Assembly: GCA_963827685.1 (NCBI GenBank) | Contig: CAWHBU010000004.1 | Coordinates: forward strand, 224,001-288,000 | Length of the DNA stretch: 64,000 bases | From: an uncultured delta proteobacterium | GTDB taxonomy: Bacteria > Desulfobacterota > BSN033 > UBA1163 | Direction of reading: 5' to 3' | Shown here: positions 58,186 to 64,000 of the stretch, piece after piece | How positions within the stretch are numbered: position 1 is the stretch's first letter | Layout of the letters: each line of letters begins with the position of its first letter | Program-made: the position numbers and the translations under genes | The notes under the pieces: model-generated | Database searches by the model: none | The model's input: the letters and a program-made list of their open reading frames with translations, nothing else | Told to the model about the DNA's origin: nothing

Positions 58186-58384
58186 CTTTAGAGAGAGCAG
58201 CGTAATGAGAAGGCGGACGTCCCCCTATCTTCGTCCCCCTATCTTCCGTGCCGGGACAGCACCGTCCTAAAGACATAAACCACCTCAGGTCTGCTGTCAA
58301 TGGGAGATGCTGTTGCGAGCGATCGTGATTGCGTATGAAAACCAGGGCCCCTCAATCTCCGATCAGGATAAAGGAGGAAGGGTA

Positions 58385-58478
58385 GCCTGCCCGCCCTGTA
58401 CCATATTAGGTTCAGGGCCTGCCCCGCCCTCGGTCTATTGATAGTGCGGGACCGGGGCCGGCAAGCAGGGGGGATTTG
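58385..58478. repeat. multiply nested REP-like palindromes
   Basis: CCTGCCCG contains CCCTGTACCATATTAGGTTCAGGG, then CCTGCC..GCAGG containing CCTCGGTC..GACCGGGG. Confidence 0.55.
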
Positions 58479-58639
58479 AAAGCATTTTCAGGGGTCAACA
58501 CAGGAGATCATAGACATAAAGCCTCCGATAAACAATCAATTAGAATTGCCGATTACAAAGAGTTAGGTTGGGCTTTCTATATGATCTGAAGATTTACGAT
58601 TGAAATCGAGTATAACGGCTAGGTTTCAGCCGCGCCTGC

Positions 58640-59590
58640 TCACAAGTTCCCTGGCACTGGTGCGAGAAGATCCGCAAGTGTGCTCGGCTTCGGTTCGGCC
58701 AGGCCAACGAAGAAACGATGCCCTTCGTTGCCATCCCAAATGAACGGCGATTCGGTGCCACAGCACCAAAACGCCAGATAAGTGTAGGCGAACCGCGTGG
58801 CAAACTCTGGCGTCTCCCGCAGGACTCGCGCGATGACCGCCCGAACTGCAGCCATACCATCAAACACGACGGACTCCTGCGCAAACTTACCACCCATTCC
58901 CCCCGGCCTACCCAATCGATGCACGTAGCTATCTCTCGCGTCCTTCAATTCCATCAGGCGGCACCATTCGTTGCCCTCACGATCCAGCGAAGCACCGGTT
59001 AGAAATCGGAAGATGAACTGGATGCGTTCAGACACTCCCTGATAGTAGGGTTCTTCGACGGGACTTCCTGACTTGTCCAGCCGCAGACGCACTTCTTGAA
59101 GCAATAATCGCGTTTCTGGCGGCAATGATGCCTTCCGCTGTTCGGCAACAATGCTGGCAAATTCGTTCATCAATGTTTCAAGGGCCCACCAAGCGTGAAT
59201 CACTGCTGATGAATAACACCGAATTGCTCCGAGGGGGTATCTCTTCGGGAAGTTGTTCGCGATCGCGATTCGGTAAAGCTGGACCTCCGCCTTGGCAGCA
59301 TCAAGTGTCCACAGGGGAAGGAATAGTTTCTCCAGGGTCTCGAATCGAATTCCCAAGACCCCGCCGGCCTTTTTGTGAGCCCAGAGGCGCTTCAGCAGAT
59401 CCGGGCTTGGCTCTGCCCATTTGTCGATCATGGCCAGAGTCTCAACTACGAACAGGACTCGGAAGCTGGGGTAGGAGGTCTTGTAGATCTCCATCAAACG
59501 ATCCCATCGTTTGTGATAGGACGGTTCCTCAAAGAAGTTGTCATAGGCGGGATCGAATTCCTCAATCAAGTGAGCCGCTCCAGAAACCAT
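58640..59590 (-). CDS. hypothetical protein with HEPN-like Rx4H motif
   Basis: SAVIHAWWALETLMNE helix and LKDARDSYVH; followed by an attC-like right half (58610-58637). Confidence 0.6.
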   Translation of the reverse strand: MVSGAAHLIEEFDPAYDNFFEEPSYHKRWDRLMEIYKTSYPSFRVLFVVETLAMIDKWAEPSPDLLKRLWAHKKAGGVLGIRFETLEKLFLPLWTLDAAKAEVQLYRIAIANNFPKRYPLGAIRCYSSAVIHAWWALETLMNEFASIVAEQRKASLPPETRLLLQEVRLRLDKSGSPVEEPYYQGVSERIQFIFRFLTGASLDREGNEWCRLMELKDARDSYVHRLGRPGGMGGKFAQESVVFDGMAAVRAVIARVLRETPEFATRFAYTYLAFWCCGTESPFIWDGNEGHRFFVGLAEPKPSTLADLLAPVPGNL

Positions 59591-59620
59591 CTTTTTTGGT
59601 GCGATTATCTCTTATGCTGC

Positions 59621-59826
59621 TTCTATATTTTCCTAAATCTTAAACCAATAAAGGCTCTCTTCCGGTCAAAAAGGTTTGAACTTTATGCCATTTTCCCAGA
59701 AAAGGTTGTCCTGAACAATATTATATAGAATCCAGTTAATTTCAGAATGAATAATTCTCCGAGGTTCAAGAGTCCCCATTCCCACTTTTCGGTTGTAATA
59801 TACATCTTTTTTGAAGACTTGAGAAG
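59621..59826. repeat. ~200-bp non-coding leader, copy C
   Basis: Block-wise match to 61035-61236. Confidence 0.85.
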
Positions 59827-59894
59827 CCAAATTTTTAGAAAGGAGTATTGGGCGGGAGTTTGGTCAGGACGCAAACTGCGTTTACTTAACAAAC

Positions 59895-60359
59895 TTAAGT
59901 ACGTCCCCCGGGAGATTCCCCCGGAAGGATGGCTTCGAGGTCTGTGGCGCCCACTGCACGAGCGCGGCGCTCGAGCAGTTCGGCAACAATTTCGAGCGGC
60001 TCAAACCATTCGTCAGGACTGACAGACGGCAGTTTTTCGCCAAGGTTTTCGAGCATTGAGCGCATTGCCTGAAACTCGGTGTCGCTTGGCTCGTAGCGCG
60101 CATGATGAGCACATTTATTGCGCATCGTGTTCACGAAGCGCAACGCGTCGGCGAGTTTCGGTTCAATGACTGCTAGCGCCTCGCAAAGAGCCACGAGCAT
60201 CTGAAAGCCCAAAGTCCTATTTCGGAACAAAGCGTCGGGATTCGGTAGCTTGGCGAACAGGCTTCGGACTAAGAGATGCTCAAGCCAGAGATGGCTAGAG
60301 ATAACGAAAGACTTGCCAATGGTTTGACCGTCAACGTAGCGAAGGAGATTGCTCTCCAT
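59895..60359 (-). CDS. hypothetical protein with HEPN-like (MtlR-type) motif
   Basis: VISSHLWLEHLL, FVNTMRNKCAH; AGGAGG RBS; preceded by cassette core GTTAAGC. Confidence 0.68.
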   Translation of the reverse strand: MESNLLRYVDGQTIGKSFVISSHLWLEHLLVRSLFAKLPNPDALFRNRTLGFQMLVALCEALAVIEPKLADALRFVNTMRNKCAHHARYEPSDTEFQAMRSMLENLGEKLPSVSPDEWFEPLEIVAELLERRARAVGATDLEAILPGESPGGRT

Positions 60360-60398
60360 CGAACAGACCCCTCCTGTATCGAAACGCTCGTTCTTGCC

Positions 60399-60475
60399 GC
60401 TTAACGCTACTCCTCACGCGTTGCAGTGAGGCCGTCCGCGGCCCCACTACAATCGCGTGCAGGAGGCTGTCCGGT
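60399..60475 (-). other. integron attC site on the minus strand
   Basis: CTCCT(G)CACGCG(A)TTGTAGTGGGGCCG-cgga-CGGCCTCACTGCAACGCGTGAGGAG, then GTTAAGC; R'' degenerate (ACCGGAC). Confidence 0.82.
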
Positions 60476-60991
60476 TGATCCTTCACGAGTGTCGAGAATG
60501 AGTTCCTTCGTCCACCCAGGAAGTGTTCCATGTTTCGGATGGCGGTTCAGTTTCCATAGGAACCCGTACACGCTGCCAACGGGCAGGACGAAGTGGGTTT
60601 GAAGTAGGCTACTGGTGTTGGGCTCGAGAAGGAACTCCTCTAGTTCTTTATAGGGTTGAGTCACGTATACAGGGTTGTGCAGATCGGCTTGCAGAGAGAG
60701 TGGACCCTCACGGAGGTCGCCGGGGATTCTGTAAACTGAAACGTTAGAGGTCTTGGTGTCGAGGTGGACGGGGAGCGGGCTGTGATTGTTCCATGTTGCA
60801 CTGAGTGTCACTAGCACACGCCCATCGCAAATAGGGATCGTTTCTGCCGACAACTTACCGTCGATAGATGGCATGTCCTTCTTCGAGCGGAGGTGTTCCG
60901 CGAAGAGCTTGTTGAGGAGAACCCAGAGTCCATACACTAGAACCGCGACGGTGGGGACCCACTCGCGGAGAAAAGTGAGCACTGCTTTCAC
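60407..60991 (-). CDS. hypothetical protein with an N-terminal membrane anchor (cassette gene)
   Basis: TM segment at residues ~11-29; ORF reads through its own attC. Confidence 0.6.
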   Translation of the reverse strand: MKAVLTFLREWVPTVAVLVYGLWVLLNKLFAEHLRSKKDMPSIDGKLSAETIPICDGRVLVTLSATWNNHSPLPVHLDTKTSNVSVYRIPGDLREGPLSLQADLHNPVYVTQPYKELEEFLLEPNTSSLLQTHFVLPVGSVYGFLWKLNRHPKHGTLPGWTKELILDTREGSTGQPPARDCSGAADGLTATREE

Positions 60992-61034
60992 CTTCTATAT
61001 CTCTTTCTCCCAACCGAACTTATTTTTTAGCTCG

Positions 61035-61236
61035 TTCTATATTTTTATTAAACCTTAAACCAATAAAGGCTCTCTTCTGCTCAAAAGGTCGAGATTTCAT
61101 AGCATTTTTCCGCAAAAGGTTGTCTTGAACAACATTATATAGAATTGACTTAATTTTAGAATGAATTATTCACAGGGGCAGACCCACATTGTTCATTTAT
61201 GGTTGTAATATACACGTTTTTCTAAAATAAGGGAAG
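61035..61236. repeat. ~200-bp non-coding leader, copy B
   Basis: Block-wise match to 59621-59826. Confidence 0.85.
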
Positions 61237-61443
61237 TGAAGAGTACCGGAATGACTTTTAAAAAAGATAGGTGAAGGTTCCAGCGACTAATGTTCATTTT
61301 GATGTAAATCTCGAAGTACTGCGGTCAGCAAGGTTTTGGACGACGAGGATAGACAAATCTAATAATTCAAGACCTGATCCCAAGGATTATCCCGAAGCTT
61401 GCAGTCCATGAAGGGTTAAGGATCACATTGCTCACATTTGTTA

Positions 61444-62157
61444 TTATAGCAGGGCATCATTAATCATGTTCACCAGCACATCATCTGCCATCATGGTAGA
61501 GAAGCTGGGGTTAGCGCCCGATGCATGTTGGATTGGTAACACATTGACATTCAGATTACCGATGATGAGACGTGGAAGCACACGCTTCTCGACAATGCAT
61601 TTCAAATGCTCAGTGAGCGATTTGGGATAATTCATTTCCAGATAGTAATCATAGAAAGCATCCCGGCTTGTTTTGCCCATAAGTAATAGCAATCGGGGTC
61701 TGATAATCTTAATCTCATCAACGAGAAAGCGACCTTGCTGACAGTTCCGAATCTCGAAAGGGGTGGGAGTACGATCCCCGCTTTTGTTCTGATCTTTGCC
61801 AGGGTAGCACTGTGCAATTTCAGTATTGTAGACGGAGAAGAAACCATATCTTCGGGCTGGGACACGCGAACCTCCTTCTAAAATGAGATTGCGAGGAGGA
61901 AAAACTGTTCTCTGGAATCGATTCAAGAAACCCTCCAGACGATTGCCTGTGGTACCAAGTCTGCCATCTGGTGTGAAGAAATTCACCCCCGTCTTCCGGA
62001 GCTGGTTTGCCGCGAGGGCTTGCGAAATGACGAACACATCCGCATCAATGTCCACCGCGTCAATTCGTCGTAGAGCCTTCTGCTTGTCCATCTGTGGGCA
62101 GATATGACAAGAATGGATATTGAAGTAAAGCTGCCTGAGTGCTTTATCTTTTGTCAT
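61444..62157 (-). CDS. uracil-DNA glycosylase superfamily protein
   Basis: CHIC, VFVISQALA, TEIAQCYPG, DRTPT..EIRNC, EIKIIRP.LLLLMG, IQHASG. Confidence 0.8.
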   Translation of the reverse strand: MTKDKALRQLYFNIHSCHICPQMDKQKALRRIDAVDIDADVFVISQALAANQLRKTGVNFFTPDGRLGTTGNRLEGFLNRFQRTVFPPRNLILEGGSRVPARRYGFFSVYNTEIAQCYPGKDQNKSGDRTPTPFEIRNCQQGRFLVDEIKIIRPRLLLLMGKTSRDAFYDYYLEMNYPKSLTEHLKCIVEKRVLPRLIIGNLNVNVLPIQHASGANPSFSTMMADDVLVNMINDALL

Positions 62158-62579
62158 ATCGTATGTCCTAGCCCTCTGGCAATATCGCGAGCAACACGTG
62201 ACTTGTTGGGCAGTCCCATGGGTTTTGAGTTGGTGTAGTCGTATCCCTCGTCAAATTGGTCTGCTGTGAGGTCGATGACTTCACCGTTTTTGTGCTTGAA
62301 GAACCAGTGAGATCCCGACTCATCCTTCTTCCGATGGACCTTGAACCCATCTGGCATCAATTCCATTCGATAGACAGCTTCTGTCACACGGTGACAATAA
62401 CCTGTAGTGGGAACGCCTTTTAGATTCACTTTCCTTTTCCATTGTTCAACAATATCGGGATCATTCAGGTGAACAGGCGGGCCGATTTCCAAGAGTACTT
62501 TGCGTAAAGATTCTCTGCTGATACCAACCCTTTGAAACATCGTGTCAATCTCTTCGTTGGTGAATTTGATCTTGAGCAT
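62154..62579 (-). CDS. hypothetical protein with a papain/transglutaminase-like C-H-D triad
   Basis: GYCHRVTEA, SHWF, IDLTADQF; stop overlaps the UDG-like start (ATGA). Confidence 0.6.
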   Translation of the reverse strand: MLKIKFTNEEIDTMFQRVGISRESLRKVLLEIGPPVHLNDPDIVEQWKRKVNLKGVPTTGYCHRVTEAVYRMELMPDGFKVHRKKDESGSHWFFKHKNGEVIDLTADQFDEGYDYTNSKPMGLPNKSRVARDIARGLGHTI

Positions 62580-62867
62580 AAGAAATCCTCCGGGGGTGAC
62601 ATTACGGAGAGAGTTTTGAGAAAGACTCCAGTCCTAATAATGTCCCTGCAAGTTGCAAGTTTCGCATAACTCGTTCACATCCGAACTTATCCGCATTGGT
62701 TCGTTTATCCCCTGAAAAATGGACGCAGAAGCGAGGTTTGGATATACTCCCCAAGTGGTGGTATAGACGAACTGGCACGGATTTAGCACCTAAGGATTAC
62801 TGGTTGGAGTATACACCTTTTTCTAAAATTACGGAACAAAAAGTTACAAGGAAGAAGGCGAAGAATC

Positions 62868-63170
62868 CTACCTCCCCTTCCCTATATACACCTCTGAATG
62901 CCTCTCATGCCACTCCCAATTCTTTATCCACCTACGCAGAACACGACGGGTTTTACCCGTGGACGCCGTCGGCCATAGCCTATGGCGTCGGACGATGAAT
63001 GCGTAAGTTGTCGTTGAAACATTCATGGGCCAAAGCATTAATGCTTCGGTGGATTCCGCCGCTGGTGGATAACCCTGCGAAGCCTTGGCACTTGCGCGTA
63101 GAAGCGCTACGGCGCCCAGGTGCGTAGGAGGGTATGTCAAAGAGGTACCACGGGCTTTGCCCGTAGGGCT
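62868..63170. repeat. cluster of REP-like / IS605-end-like hairpins
   Basis: ACGGGTTTTACCCGT and CACGGGCTTTGCCCGT hairpins, GACGCCGT..ATGGCGTC; no transposase ORF. Confidence 0.4.
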
Positions 63171-63356
63171 CCATGTATCGTTCGGCCAATTTTTTATCCC
63201 TTATCACGAGGAGATTTTCAGCATTGTTCTCTGAATTTCTGTCTTAAGAATAGGGCAATAGGTCGAATTCTTATTTGACACAGTTTGCTCAATGGGTTAA
63301 TAATTTCAAGGATATTTGGCATTGGTCTAATAAAAACGCATTAAATAAATTGACAT

Positions 63357-63406
63357 CACCCTCTCCCTAACCCTCCCCCCTTGAGGGGGAGGGGAGGGTG
63401 GGGGGA
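63357..63406. repeat. REP-like C-rich/G-rich palindrome
   Basis: CACCCTCTCCCTAACCCTCCCCC-TTGA-GGGGGAGGGGAGGGTG. Confidence 0.6.
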
Positions 63407-63421
63407 TAGGAGGTTTAACAT

Positions 63422-64000
63422 ATGTTCGATCTTTCCAGGTTTTCGTTAAAGGGTAAAACGGCGATTGTAACCGGTGGCAGCCGTGGTATCGGCAAGGGTG
63501 TGGCACTGGGCTTGGCCAAGGCCGGCGCAAAGGTGGCGGTGACCAGCCGCAAGATGAACGACTTGGAGGCTACGGCTGCAGAGATTAAGGGATTCGGAGG
63601 TGAAGCGTTTCCCCTGCAGTCGCATCTGGGCAAGATGGAAGAGATCAACCGGATGGTCAGCGCCGTCGTGGACAAATTCGGCAGGATCGATATCCTGGTC
63701 AATAATGCCGGCGCCAGTCCCGCGATGGGCAGTGTGCTGGAATCCGACGAGCGCCTCTGGGAAACCATCATGAACCTGAACCTGAGAGGACTTTATTTTA
63801 CCAGCCAGGCCGTCGCCAAGGTGATGAAGAAGCAGGGCAATGGAAAGATTGTCAATATCGCTTCGATCGATGGCTTCAAGCCGGAACCCGGAGTGAGCGT
63901 CTACAGTATCTCTAAAGCCGGCGTCCGAATGATCACGAAGGCCTTCGCTATGGAATTGGCCCCGTTCAATATTCAGGTGAACGCGATCTGTCCCGGGCCG
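63422..64000 (+). CDS. short-chain dehydrogenase/reductase (runs off the window end)
   Basis: Own translation: TGGSRGIG, NNAG, YSISK, VNAICPG; AGGAGG RBS. Confidence 0.92.
   Translation, partial: MFDLSRFSLKGKTAIVTGGSRGIGKGVALGLAKAGAKVAVTSRKMNDLEATAAEIKGFGGEAFPLQSHLGKMEEINRMVSAVVDKFGRIDILVNNAGASPAMGSVLESDERLWETIMNLNLRGLYFTSQAVAKVMKKQGNGKIVNIASIDGFKPEPGVSVYSISKAGVRMITKAFAMELAPFNIQVNAICPGP

Noticed and set aside
59598-59620. XerC/D dif site (GGTGCGATTATCTCTTATGCTGC)
   Set aside because: Spacing and the XerD arm do not fit, and it is not conserved in the second leader copy
62830-63330. Intact integron integrase
   Set aside because: No long ORF or tyrosine-recombinase motif; only hairpin repeats
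1-64000. CRISPR array, rRNA, tRNA, group II intron/RT
   Set aside because: No regularly spaced repeat-spacer series, cloverleaf, rRNA-like tract or RT motif was seen by eye

Overview
A 64-kb window, apparently chromosomal, from an anaerobic bacterium. The gene content suggests Desulfobacterota/deltaproteobacteria (inference). It has three parts. (1) 1-26.9 kb is an ordinary acyl-CoA catabolic region: two beta-oxidation modules, a Liv-type ABC transporter with an embedded CoA ligase, IorAB with an FrhB-like partner, an AbfD-like dehydratase, and regulators. (2) 27.4-53.2 kb is a run of about 30 small genes, all on the + strand: a 2-hydroxyacyl-CoA dehydratase, four DUF6125/V4R-like, three DUF3795 and several Fe-S proteins, a divergent PanB, and a racemase and a DapF that both lack their catalytic cysteines. 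This run contains recognisable integron attC sites with matching cassette boundaries but no integrase. It also holds three apparently identical 539-bp IS200/IS605-family elements that each interrupt a gene, two MITEs (one in an attC crossover core), and several duplicated gene stubs. (3) 53.2-63.3 kb is a patchwork. It has three copies of the dapF 3' end, Y1-transposase stubs bounded by GACGTCCCC-type sites, and a second, oppositely oriented cassette array with two HEPN-motif proteins and a UDG-like plus papain-like gene pair. These genes are separated by a repeated ~200-bp non-coding leader that may be a decayed integron head. An SDR gene runs off the right edge. No rRNA, tRNA or CRISPR array was seen. 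All family assignments come from motif recognition by eye; no database search was run.
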